From Octopus sinensis (taxonomy: Eukaryota), in contig NC_043008.1 in the NCBI RefSeq assembly GCF_006345805.1, positions 68,510,001-68,574,000 on the forward strand: a DNA stretch of 64,000 nucleotides, written 5' to 3'. The translations under genes and the position numbers were made by a program. Positions 1 to 11,549 of this stretch are shown piece after piece. How positions within the stretch are numbered: the stretch's first letter is position 1; every line of letters begins with the position of its first letter. The notes under the pieces are model-generated. The model was given only the letters and a program-made list of their open reading frames with translations, did not search any database and was not told the origin of the DNA.

Positions 1-135
1 TAGGAAGGGCATCTGGCCACAGAAACCAAGTCAAAGCAGACAATGGAGACTGGTGTTGCTCTCTAGTTTGCCAGCTCCTGTCATATCGTCTGACCCATAT
101 CAGCATGGAAGACAGATGTTAAAAGACAATGATGA
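1..135 (+). mobile_element. RTE-family LINE 3' tail (5'-truncated copy)
   Basis: taggaagggcatc...cagcatggaa...gttaaa + (GAT)n. The same tail follows RTE ORF2 at 21160-21320, and roughly 20 copies occur in the window. Confidence 0.7.
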
Positions 136-360
136 TGCTTCAATGATTGTGCCAATTCATTGATCTTATAATGAATGATTCTGATTTGAAACATAGACAA
201 ATAACCACACATTTGAGGGTGAAACACAGAGTAGCATATTTTAGTGAAAAGTCACATAACTACACATCTTTAGGAAGGAGCACATAGCAACACATTTTAA
301 GAGAAGGGTATTGAACAACACGTTTTGGAGAAGGGCTTATAGTTGTACATTCTAGGTGAG

Positions 361-860
361 GATCATCATCACCATCATCATTTAGCATCTGTTTATACTG
401 GCATGGGTTGGATGGTTTGACTGGGCTTGCATGCTGGAAGGCTGCGCCATGATCCAGTCTAATTTGGCATGGATGCCTTTCCTAACACCAACCACTCTGA
501 GAGTGTAATGGGTGCTTTTATGTGCCACTGGCACAGGTGCCATTTGCATGACACCGGTATCTGTCACAACTGCTATTTTGCATGGCTTGGGTCTTTTTCA
601 CAAGCATGACGTAAAGTCAAAGGTCTTTGTCATTGCCTCCGTGAGGCCCAACGCTCGAAAGGAGCTCAGCCACTTTGTCTCCATGAGGCCCAATGCTCGA
701 AAGGAACTCAGCTATCTCACCTCCATGAGGCCCGTTTGAAAGGAACTCAGCCACCTCACCTCAGCGAAGCCCGCTCAAAAAGAACTCAGCCACCTAGTCT
801 CCATGAGGCACAATGCTCGAAAGGAACTCGCCTCTGACAGGCCCAATGCTCAAAAGATAT
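361..860 (-). mobile_element. RTE-tail element carrying an internal 39-42 bp tandem array
   Basis: Reverse RTE tail beginning at (CAT)n, followed by repeated ctccatgaggcccaatgctcgaaaggaactcagccac units. Confidence 0.6.
637..860. repeat. Tandem repeat, 5 units plus a partial, period 39-42 bp
   Basis: Unit starts at about 637, 679, 721, 760, 799. Confidence 0.85.
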
Positions 861-989
861 AGTTGATTAAATCAGCCCTGACTGGAATTCTACTTTATGT
901 GCCTAGAAAGTATGAAAGACAAAGCTGACTTGTGGCAGGAGTTGAACTCAGTAATTCTTCCGCATCAGAGACAGAGCAACTGTAATATA

Positions 990-2490
990 TACTAATACTA
1001 AATACTGTAACCTACAATCATAATATAACCACCAATACTAACTACAATAGCCATAAATACTAACTACAGTAGCCATGAATATTAATAATAATTACTATAA
1101 CCAACAATACTAACCGACTGATACAGCAACCAACAGTAACTATTACAAACACCAAAACAAATTACTATAAACATCAAAGTCGACTATTCCAACCATTAAT
1201 ACTAACCATTAATGCTAACTACTTCAACTACCAATATTAACTACATTAACCACTCATTCTAATACAACCATGAATATAAATTACTAAAACTACTATTAAT
1301 ACTAACTTCTATAACCACAAACACTATCTACTTTAATCACCAATGTTACTGTAGTCACTAATGGTAACAACCATAACCACTAATACTAACTCACTATTGA
1401 TAATAACAGCTATAACGACCAATATTAACTATTATAACCACCAATACTTACTACTACAGCTACTAATACTAAACTTCTTTAGTCACCAATACTAACTAAA
1501 ATAACCACTAATACTGATACTAACTATTATAGCTACCAATACTAACTACTACAGCTACTAACGGTAGCTACTATAGTCATCACATACTAACTGCTATAAC
1601 CGTCAATACTAATGCAACCACCACTTGTAACAACTGCAACTACTTATATTAACTACAATAACCACTAATACTAACAACGATAACCATTGATACTAACCAC
1701 TATAGCCAATAATACTAACTATAATAATACCAACCAATACTAACTATAATAATACCAACCAATACTAACTACCATAACCAGCAATACTAGCTACTATAGC
1801 CTCTAATACTAACCATTATAGTTACTGCAACTAACAACTAATGATAACTATTATAACCAATACTAATTAATTACTATAACCACCTATACTAATCACTATA
1901 ATATCTAATGACTAATCACCGTAATTACCAATACCAATTGCTGTAACTACCAATGCTAACTATAATAGCCAGCAGTACTAACTAGTATAACCACCAATGA
2001 TAACTACTATAACCACCGATATTAACTACTGCAGTAACCATTACTGACTACTATAGCTGGCAATATTAACTACAATAGCCACCGATCCTAACTTCTCTTG
2101 TCACCAAGACTGATATAGTCAGGAATACTAACTACTATAACCATCTCTAATACTGTCTACTATAACCACTAATACTAACTACTATAACTAATAATTCTAA
2201 CTACTGTAGCCATTACCAGCGATACTAACTACTGTTCTCACTAATACTAACTACTATATCAACCAATTGTAACTACTATTACCATCAGTACAAATTACTA
2301 TAGCACCACTACTAATGGCTTTAACCACCAGTACTACAACAGGCATCAAAACTAATAACTATAACCACCAGTACTAACTACTATAACTAATAATACTGAC
2401 TACTGTATAGTATACAATACATATTACTATAGTATCTACTATAACTACAAATACTAACTAGTCTATCTACCAATACTAACTGTTATCTGT
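990..2490. repeat. Degenerate ~24-bp minisatellite (actaatactaactactataaccacc-like)
   Basis: About 1.5 kb of recurrent aatactaactactata(a/g)c motifs; no ORF. Confidence 0.85.
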
Positions 2491-2834
2491 CTATGTCTTT
2501 TCCACTCCAGTAATAACCTCTCCTCCTTGGAGCTGGCTTGGCTTGTTTCACCTCCATCCTGGTATTTTGGTTTCATTCATCTTGCCTCTTCCCATTACAT
2601 AGTTTTACACTCTGTCATACTGCATCTGAGTCTGAGGAGGATTATGTTATAAATATCCATGTTCCTGGAATACTCAGCCACTTATACTCTTATATGAAAA
2701 TAGTTTAGTTGATCAAACAGCCAGAAAGCTCATTGTGAAATATGGAGAATGCACCGTCATTCTTCATTTTTGTAGGCCTATGTCTATACACAGATACATG
2801 CATATGCACACTCATACATATGTGCACACACACT

Positions 2835-2981
2835 CACAAACAAGGACAAAGGGATTAAGCCAATTACATCGAAGGCAAAGTCAACCCCGGCGGAATTTGA
2901 ACTCAGAATGTAATGGCAGGCGAAATACCGCTAAGCATTTCGCCCAACGTGCTAATGTTTCTGCCAGCTTGCCGCCTTTAC
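2835..2981 (-). mobile_element. tRNA-headed SINE family 2 (ggcggcgagctggcagaa head), internally deleted
   Basis: Reverse complement of head and B-box gagttcaaattcc, matching fuller copies at 19317 and 56765. Confidence 0.75.
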
Positions 2982-3170
2982 TTCTTTTTTTTCCCACTTT
3001 CTCAAAGGAAGTTCACCAGTCATAGAAAATCTGTTTCAATAAACTCCACCCAGCCTATGCAAGCATGAAAAAGTGTATGTTCAAATGAAGATGATGATGA
3101 TTGTGGTGTGCATCTCCAGCGAGGCCACAGTCAAATGACTGAAACAAGTAAAAGAGTAAAAGAGTATATA

Positions 3171-3606
3171 TTGGACAAAATAATGTAAACACCTAACATC
3201 ATAGCATCATAATTTTGAAATATCTATAAAACTGTCAAAAGCTTGTTTATTTTTATGTTTTTTGATTTATTATTAGTGTTGCTCAATGTGTCATGCTAAA
3301 ATTGCTGTTTCTTTTCAGATATCATCAGAAAAAAGTAATTAAAATTCATTAAATTTACAGATCTATCGGACTTTCAAAGAGGTCAAATTGTTGGTGCTCA
3401 TATGGCAGGTGCTAGGATAATGAAGACAGCCAAAATGTTTTAGCTGAAGAATGGACAAACATTCCTTTGGAAACAATTCAAACTTTGTATAAGTCCATAC
3501 CTCATAGAATTCAAGCTGTAATTACTGCCAAAGGCAGTCCTACCCCATATTAAAATAAATTTGCTTGAAGTTTTAAGGTGTTTCAATTATTTTGTCCAAC
3601 CCCTGT
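3171..3606 (+). mobile_element. Internally deleted Tc1 element
   Basis: TIR remnants ttggacaaaataatgtaaacacct / aggtgtttcaattattttgtccaacccctg-TA. N-terminal peptide DLSDFQRGQIVGAHMAG (3360-3440) is fused to C-terminal EEWTNIPLETIQTLYKSIPHRIQAVITAKGSPTPY* (3443-3553). Confidence 0.85.
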
Positions 3607-3668
3607 ATATATATTCTTTTACTTGTTTCAATCATTTGACTGTGGCCGTGCTGGAGCACCACCATATA

Positions 3669-5175
3669 CACCCAAAACTATGCTAATAGCTTAGGAGTGA
3701 AATTTAAGATTTCTCATTTTTTTGTGAATCGATTTTGGTAAAACTTTTCCCACCTGGTTTGCACACTATGGCAACACCAATGTTATGTTTGCATTATTCT
3801 GTGTAACGTCCTTTCTTTTCTATTTCAGATTCTTCAGTTTTTAGGTGAACCAAGGTAATAGCTTTTGAATGAAAATAACCCATATAGACATTTTTTTTTA
3901 GAAAATGAAGGATAATGATACATATTAAGCATACATTGAGTATATATTTAACAGAAAACTGATAACAGTATTATTACATTTATTGACATAATGAATTATT
4001 TAGTCACATGAGTGCCATTTTAATGGGTAACTTCAAAACCCCTATTAGTCATGGAATCTGTCAATTTCTTAATAGTAGCAGATTGGACTGCCTCTGCTGC
4101 AGCTTTGATGGTCACCCATAAGACAACTTTCGACATAAATTGGCATCCATTGGCATAAACATCTTGTTTAATGATGGACCAAAGATTTTCGATAGGGTTG
4201 AGATCTGGAGATGCTAGTGGCCACACCATCAACCTTTCCCCTTGTATGCCATAAGACCCTAGTAATGTTTGGGTGGTCCTAGGAGAGTGGGAGGGAGTGT
4301 TGTCATGTATGAATACAAGATTCCTTAGAAGTGACAGTGGTATGTCATCTAGCCAGAGATCCAAGACTTCCTCCTGGAGATTGCAGTAGGTGGCTGTGGT
4401 CACTTGAACCTCTTCAGGCACCCTGACTGGGCCAACAAGTCTGTCCCCAATGATACTAGCCCTCAACATGACTCCTCCACCTTGTTGTTGACATCGTAAA
4501 TGTTGGTGAAGCTCAACTCCAAAATAAACCCAACTGTCAGAACTGTCAAAGGTCACCTTGGTTTTGTCAGTGAATAGAACACAACTCAAGTCTTATGTCA
4601 TGTACTTTTGAACCCATTGAAGCCTCAAGCTCCTGTGAGATGGTGTTAAAGGAGGCAGTTTCAGGGATTCTCACATGGAAGCCATGGTCTCGAGGATGTG
4701 ATTTCTGGTGGTTTTGGTACATGAGGAAGTCTGGAGGTGATGAAAATGGTTTTGCTTGTTTGTCCAGGTTTCCCATGTAACTTGTGGCCAATATTTCTTA
4801 AATCCTTAGCTGTCACAATCTTGTAGGTCCCACAACTGGATCGTTTCTTCCTTGGCACTCATGTGGCTAAATAATTTGTTACATCAATAAATGTTAAGAT
4901 ATTATTATGGTTTTCTGTTGAATATATACTCAATGCATGCTTAATATGTATCATTACCCTTCACTTTCTAAAGAAAAATGTCTAGATGGTTCACCCCAAA
5001 ACTGAAGAACCTGAAATAAAAAAGAAAGGACGTTACACAGAATTATGAAAACATAACAATAGTGTTGCCATAGTGTTCAAAGCAGCTGTGAAAATTTTTT
5101 ATCATAATTGATTCACAAAAATCCAAGAAATCTGAAATTTCACACCTAAACTATTAGCATGGTTCTGGATGTGTG
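3669..5175 (-). mobile_element. Tc1/mariner DD37E (TRT-type) transposon with ~320-350 bp inverted ends, TA TSD
   Basis: Inverted arms 3669-4017 and 4853-5175. Transposase motifs LFTD, QQGGGVM, HDNTPSH and WPLASPDLNPIENLW, with 37 residues between the second D and the E. Confidence 0.85.
4020..4858 (-). pseudogene. Frameshifted DD37E transposase
   Basis: ORF pieces 4661-4858 (RKKR...KIVTAKDLRNI) and 4020-4589 (catalytic domain, KKLTDSM). Confidence 0.85.
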
Positions 5176-5269
5176 TATGTATGTATAAATCCTTAAATCC
5201 TTAAAATGCTTTAGTCCGAAGGCCGCAGCCATGCTGGGGCACCACTGCTGAATATATATATATAATGAC

Positions 5270-5653
5270 CTTGTTGTAACAGTACTCTCAGGTGCACTAC
5301 AATTCATTAGAAGAGGTAGCCAAAAGCACATATAAAATATATAGGATAATGTACCCCACCAAAAAAACCACCCCCAAAAAACAGGAAAGTCAACAGCTAT
5401 GAATTAAAAAAAGAAGGAAGCATCAGGTGTTGGTGAATTTTGGGAAGCATGGAAGTTTTGAAGGATGTAGTGTCTTGATAGCTAACAACTGATGCAATTA
5501 GTTTATTCTATGCTTCAGCAATTCTAAACATTATTTACATTTGATGGATATTTGTCCTCATCTTTGTTGTTAACATAATGTTTTGGCATTCGTCAGGTGT
5601 CTTGTGGAAATATCGAACCTGGGTACTCATTCCTAAGGTATTTTTCGATGTTA

Positions 5654-5701
<48 letters not shown>

Positions 5702-6210
5702 TATTATTATTATTCAGGTCACTGCCTGGAATTGAACTTGGAATCTTGGGGTTAGTATGCTGTGCTGTTTTCTGATTTTGTAAGCATGTCCACAGATATA
5801 TGGAATTCAAAAAAGTGGCCAAGACTGTTGCTGGAAAGATGGTGGATAATCATGTGGGTTTTACCAAATCAGATGCCAAATGTCAAAGTTTTAATGTGTC
5901 CATGTCCACAGAAGCAAGACATTCAGAGTACGGTAGATGCTAGATGGTAGGTATTCATCTGGTTGCATGTTTCTGAATAGTTTTCAGGAGATTGATATTC
6001 TGATCAAGATAGGGTTTCAAACAGGGTTTACCATAGTCATAAGCAGCTTAAAATTGATAGCTGGAGAACAGCTGACAAAAGCCTTACTGAGTGATGCTAA
6101 GACATCCTCGGCCTTCTTGTCAGTTTTAGAAATGTGGTTTGTTCAACACAAATTGCTGTTGACAATGATGCGCTGGTCATGTTCACTAGCAGACTTCTTA
6201 AGATTGGTAT
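5270..6210 (-). mobile_element. CR1-clade LINE 3' fragment, degraded, split by an (ATT)n-containing insertion at about 5530-5750
   Basis: Minus-strand translation ...WNPYLDQNINLLKTIQKHATR...YSECLAS...GHAYKIRKQHS; 3' UTR matches 9197-9400. Confidence 0.75.
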
Positions 6211-6350
6211 CATGGTGGGAGCATGTAAAAGCCAGCATTGCTGCAGTCAAATGACTGAAACAAGTAAAAGATAAAAGAAAATGATACATGGAGTACCCAC
6301 ATATTGTCTCTATAGCATGACTCCTATTCTTGTTTCTCTATTATACTTAA

Positions 6351-6723
6351 CCCTTTCATTACTGTATTTATTTTGAGATGCTCTGTGTTTCTTTCAATTA
6401 TTTTAAATATAATTGGCGTTAGGAAGGGCATCCAGCCGTAGAAACACTGCCAGATCTGACTGGGCCTGATGGAGCCTTCCAGCTTCACAGACCCCAGCTG
6501 AACCGTCCAACCCATGCTAGCATGGAGAACGGACGCTAAATGATGATGATGATGATGATGATAACAAAGAATTTAGTAAAATAACTTAGTTATCATTAAG
6601 CTAGTGTTAGGAATATAAATTGCGACTAAGGTTTGGTGGTATATTTTAATGCAAAATTTATGAAAACAAGACATTTGTACTACAGAGCCAGAGCTGGTTT
6701 TGGCTGGGTTGGTAACGAAAGGG
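6351..6723. mobile_element. piggyBac-type MITE with TTAA TSD, interrupted by an RTE tail
   Basis: TTAA-ccctttcattac ... gtaacgaaaggg-TTAA (TSDs 6347-6350 and 6724-6727). Confidence 0.8.
6413..6560 (+). mobile_element. RTE 3' tail nested in the piggyBac MITE
   Basis: ttggcgttaggaagggcatccagcc...cggacgctaaa(TGA)n. Confidence 0.8.
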
Positions 6724-7004
6724 TTAAGCTTCTCAATACCTGGCATAAGACTACCTCCTTAATAGTGCACCCCAACTCATTCGAGGGGTCTTGTCTTATG
6801 AATGGCTCAGTGACCTCATGGTGCTGATGCCATGAAAAAAAAAAGGTACCCAGTACATGCTGTGAAATGGTTGGCATTAGGAAGAGCACCTGGCTGTAGA
6901 AATCATGTCAAAGCAGACATCAGGACATCATTAGGCAGTCCTCTGGCTTTCCATCTCCTGTTAAACCATCTAACCCATGCTAGCATAGAAAACAGATGTT
7001 AAAG

Positions 7005-7038
<34 letters not shown>

Positions 7039-7352
7039 AAAGAGTTTGTGTATGCATTTATATGTGTGTGCATATATATATTTACATGTGTATGTGTACA
7101 TGTGAGTATGGCTGCAGGGAATATGTGTGTGTGTGTGCGATTCATAGGTTATATGCGTAACATTTGTTTATGTGTGTCTGCTTTGTACTTTTATGTGGAT
7201 ATAAAGTGCATTTGTATGAATTTATAGATGTGTGCATGTATGTATATATTTAGAATATGTGTGTGTGTGTGTATACACACATATACATGTATATGAACAC
7301 TATCTTTACTTGTGTGTTTGTATATCTGTATTTGTATGTATATGTGCATGTG

Positions 7353-7403
<51 letters not shown>

Positions 7404-7479
7404 ATATGTTTAGATGATTTTTTTAAAAACTGTGTTAACAATTGCTCTTAATGATAGGATTAGAAAGATAAGAAAATTA

Positions 7480-8130
7480 CACCTCTCCCATCACCAGTAC
7501 TACCACCACCACCACTGCCATTAACACTGCCATCACTGCCACCGCCATCACTACCACCACCATCACTGCCACCACCATCACCGTCACTATCATTATCATC
7601 ATCATCTTCATCAACCACAACAGCAATGTAAGCAGCATCAGAAAGAACTACAACAATGATTACATAAACAGCAACAACAACAACAATAAACACAACAATG
7701 ACATCATCATCTTCATCAACAACAACAACAACAACAAAATTAAAAGCAAGCAAAGTAACAATGATAGTATAAACAGGAATATCAACAGATAGCAATTGCA
7801 ACAAAAAAAACAAAATTAATGCCAAAGCCACCAGCATCACCGCCGCCACCACCACCACCATCACCACCATCCCTACCAGCACCATTAACATAACAACAAC
7901 AACAGCAACAACAACAAGAATAACAACGATGATGATGCTGATTGTAACTGTAAACAAGAACTGAAAAAGAAACCAAACAATGAAATGAAATGCACAGATA
8001 AATCTAAAGAAAACAACAAGAATAAAAAAACAATAACCACTAAAAACAAATTATAACAATCAACATATAAATCAGCAATACAACAACAATAATAATAACA
8101 ATAATAAAAATAATAACAATAATAAAAATA
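7480..8130. repeat. Compound trinucleotide low-complexity tract (CAC/CAT/CAA/AAT)
   Basis: Direct reading. Confidence 0.85.
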
Positions 8131-8229
8131 ATAATAGTGTACATTGTTTTGATTCACATAAAACATTGTAAAACATTTGATAAAATAGATGAAAAATAAA
8201 GCTTTGATTTGTCGTTTATCAATACAACT

Positions 8230-9190
8230 GTTTGATAATATTGTGTTAACTAATGATTATGTTCACTATTGTGTTCACTAATTATAATGTCAAGTATTGT
8301 GTTAACTAAAGATGTTAACTATTGTGTTAGCTAAAGATTATGTTAACTATTCTGTTAACTAATTGTTATGTTAAATGATGGTGTTATAACTGTTGTGTTA
8401 ACTAACTACGATGTTGACTATTGTGTTAACTAATCATTATGTTAACTATTGTGTTCACTAATTATAATATCAAGTACTGTGTTAACTAAAGATTATGTTA
8501 ACTATTCTGTTAACTAATTGTTATGTTAAATGATGGTGTTATAACTGTTGTGTTAACTAACTATGATGTTGACTATTGTGTTAACTATTGTGTTAATTTA
8601 TGTGCCTGAGAGCTATATATGTTAACTAAAAATAACATTATCTATGGTGTTGGCATAATATTATCATTATCATTGGTTAAGTAATGGCATTGTTAACTAT
8701 TGTGTTAATGAATGATAATGTTAATTATTGTGTTAACTAATTATAATGTTAACTATTGTATTAGTTTATTCAAATATTAACTGTATCGATTTACTAACTA
8801 ATGTAAATTATCATATTAATTAATCATAATGTTCAATATTGTCTTAACTAAGAATAATATTAACTGATTTCTCTTAACTAGTGGTAATGCTAACTGGTGT
8901 GTTAACAAATGATAATGCTTACTATTACGTTAATATTAACTGTTGTAGTTACAAATGATAGTGTTAACTATTACATTGTTTCAACTGTTAGTTGTATTGA
9001 TAATATATTAACTGATGATAACTTATGCGACTGTTTACTGTATAGACATCACTTCAATTAACTAATCATAATACTAATTGTTATTTAGTGAACTAATTAT
9101 AATGTTAACTGTTGCAGGGCATGTCACAACTGTTAACTATGTTGTTGATATTAACATCTGTTAACTAATGATAATAATAATAATTATGAA
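8230..9190. repeat. Degenerate AT-rich minisatellite (ttaactattgtgttaactaa-like)
   Basis: Recurrent gttaacta motif, with a ~165-bp higher-order duplication (about 8255-8420 vs 8435-8590). Confidence 0.8.
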
Positions 9191-9196
9191 ATTATT

Positions 9197-9654
9197 GTAT
9201 ACAGTGCTCAGGTGCACTACAACTTGTCAAAAGAGCATATAAAGCATATGCAGTAATGTACAAATGCCTGGGAAGTGAACAGTGTATGAGTCAGATACAT
9301 GCTTGCGTGTATATGGAGGGGAGAAAATCAGGTGTAGTGTTGGCAGATCTCAGGAAGCATGGAAGTTTTGAAGGATGCAGTGCTCCGACAACTAACAACT
9401 GATGCTGGCAGTTTGTTCCATGCTTCAGCAACTCTTAGCATGAAAAAATGTTTCTGAAAGTCATGGGAGCTGTGCTGTTTTCTGACTTTGTAAATATGTC
9501 CATGGGTGTTAGACAGGTGGAGTTTGAAAAGGTGCTCAGAGTTATTGTTAGTAAGGTGGTTAATAATTTTATGGGTGTCTGCCAAGTCAGCTGCCAGACG
9601 TTGGAGTTTCAATGTGTCTATGCCCAGGGAAGTAAGGCGTTCAGAATATGACAA
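9197..9654 (-). mobile_element. CR1-clade LINE 3' end
   Basis: ORF 9328-9654 YSERLTSLGIDTLKLQRLAADL...HFFMLRVAEAWNKLP is a typical CR1 ORF2 C-terminus. Confidence 0.85.
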
Positions 9655-9750
9655 ATGTTAGTTTTTAAAAATAAATTACTATTATAAATGTTGATTATTG
9701 TTAGCTAACAAATGTATTGATAAGGAAGCTCTTCATATGTCGGTGCATGT

Positions 9751-10170
9751 ACAGGCATGGCTGTGTGGTTAAGAAGCTTGCTTCTCAACTATGTGGTCTT
9801 GGGTTCAGTTCCACTGTGCAACACCTTGGGCAAATGTCTTCTACTATAGCCCTGGGCTGACCAAAGCCGTGCAAGTTGATTTGGTAGATAGAAACTGAAA
9901 GAAGCCACTCATATGTGTGTGTGTGTGTTTGTAAGTATATATGTGTGTGCGCGTGCATGTATCTATGTGTGCATCAGTGTGTTTGTTCACTTCCATTTAG
10001 CAACTGGTGTTGGTTTGTTTACATCCAGTTCGGCAAAAGAGACTGATAGAATAAGTACAAGGTTTAAAAAAGGAGTACTGGGGTTGATTTGATTGACTAA
10101 ATCCTTGAAGGTAGTGCTCCAGCATGCCCCACAGCATGGTCACAGAGCAATGACTGGAACAATTAAAAGA
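9751..10170 (+). mobile_element. tRNA-headed SINE family 1 (CORE-like, internal TA/TG microsatellite)
   Basis: A-box tggctgtgtgg, B-box ggttcagttcc, caccttgggcaa core, 3' cagcatgg...tgactg tail. Confidence 0.8.
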
Positions 10171-11164
10171 TAGAAAACAGAAGATATATATATATATATA
10201 TATTAAATGTGAAAACTAATTTCTGTGTGTCAGTGTGTCACACTTCAACCTCCTCTCTCACTATTCATGTTGGGGTGAGAGTAACAGTAGCTATAGAGAC
10301 AGTTGTGATGGCAATGGGGTGATAGTAATAGTATAAGCTGTGGTAGCTGAAGCAGTCAGGGACAATGGTGATAGTAAGCAATGTGAAAGACAATGGTGAT
10401 GGTGGTGGAGGGGAAGACGGCGAAGTCAAAGGTACTGATGGTGGTGGCGTCAAAAGTCTGAATGGCGTGTGTATGGCAGTTGTGGTGGCGATGGTGGTGG
10501 TACTGGTGATGGTGATGTTTGAAAACAATCAACAGAAAGAGAAAGAAAGAGAAAGAAAGAGGTTAGACCGAAAAAAAATTGTATTGACCCCTGAATGGGA
10601 AGACAAAAATGTTGTTTGTCATGCAGCTTTGCAATAAGTTCCAAGTCGACAAATTATATCATTATTTTGATGAAAATTGTTCATTGCTTGCAAAATATTG
10701 GTCAAGTTTAATAAAATTTAATGTGTATTCAATGCATGAAGTGTCATTGTTGGGCTCAAGGCCCAATGTAGAGCTAACGTCAGGAGCTATCGGGCGACTT
10801 TTAAGCTGGTATATATACATGTGTGTGTGTGTGTGTGTATGTGTATGTCTTGTGTTCATTGATGCATGTGTGTGTATGTATGTCTTGGTTCATTGATGTG
10901 TGTGTTTGTCTTGTGCATAAAAACAATACTATTGCCCTCTGCAACAGTGTCCTCGTTTATAATCTACTGCAAAAATATGCTTGACCATTGAATTGTTCAC
11001 TATTTGAAAGATCTAGGGTGGTGGTTCTCAACCATCTTTTGCCCTTCGACCTCTTTCATTTCTATTTTACTCTATTGGACCCCCATAACCGTTTGATTTT
11101 TAAATAAAATCCTATTGTATTTTTACAATTGAATGTTATTAGGAATTGTATAAAAAAATTGATG

Positions 11165-11330
11165 CAGGTATGGCTGTGAGGTAAGAAACTTGCTTTCCAC
11201 CACATGGTTATGGGTTCTGTCCCACTGTGTGGCACTTTGGGCAAGTGTCTTCTACTATAGCCTCGAGTCAACCAAAGCCTTGTGTGTAGATTTGGTAGAC
11301 GGAAACTGAAAGAAGCCCATTGTGTATATA
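11165..11330 (+). mobile_element. SINE family 1, 5' half ending in (TA)n
   Basis: Same head and core as the 59777 and 61201 copies. Confidence 0.8.
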
Positions 11331-11351
11331 TATATACATATATATATATAT

Positions 11352-11549
11352 AAATGGCGGTGCCCCAGCATGGCCACAGCTCATTAGCTGAAACTGGAAA
11401 AATCAAAATCAAAATCAATCATATAGCGGCATACGTACACTATATATATAAGAGACCAAAGTGTACGTATGCCGCTATATGATTGATTTTGATTTTGATT
11501 TTTCCAGTTTCAGCTAATGAGCTGTGGCCATGCTGGGGCACCGCCATTT
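11352..11549. repeat. Perfect 90-bp inverted repeat with 18-bp spacer
   Basis: 11352-11441 is the exact reverse complement of 11460-11549. Confidence 0.95.

Noticed and set aside
2626-2677. CTGAGT-CTGAGGA-GGAT/ATCC...ACTCAG hammerhead-like pairing
   Set aside because: No GAAA after stem II; the downstream arm is a SINE fragment (ggaatactcagccactt), so the pairing is probably coincidental.
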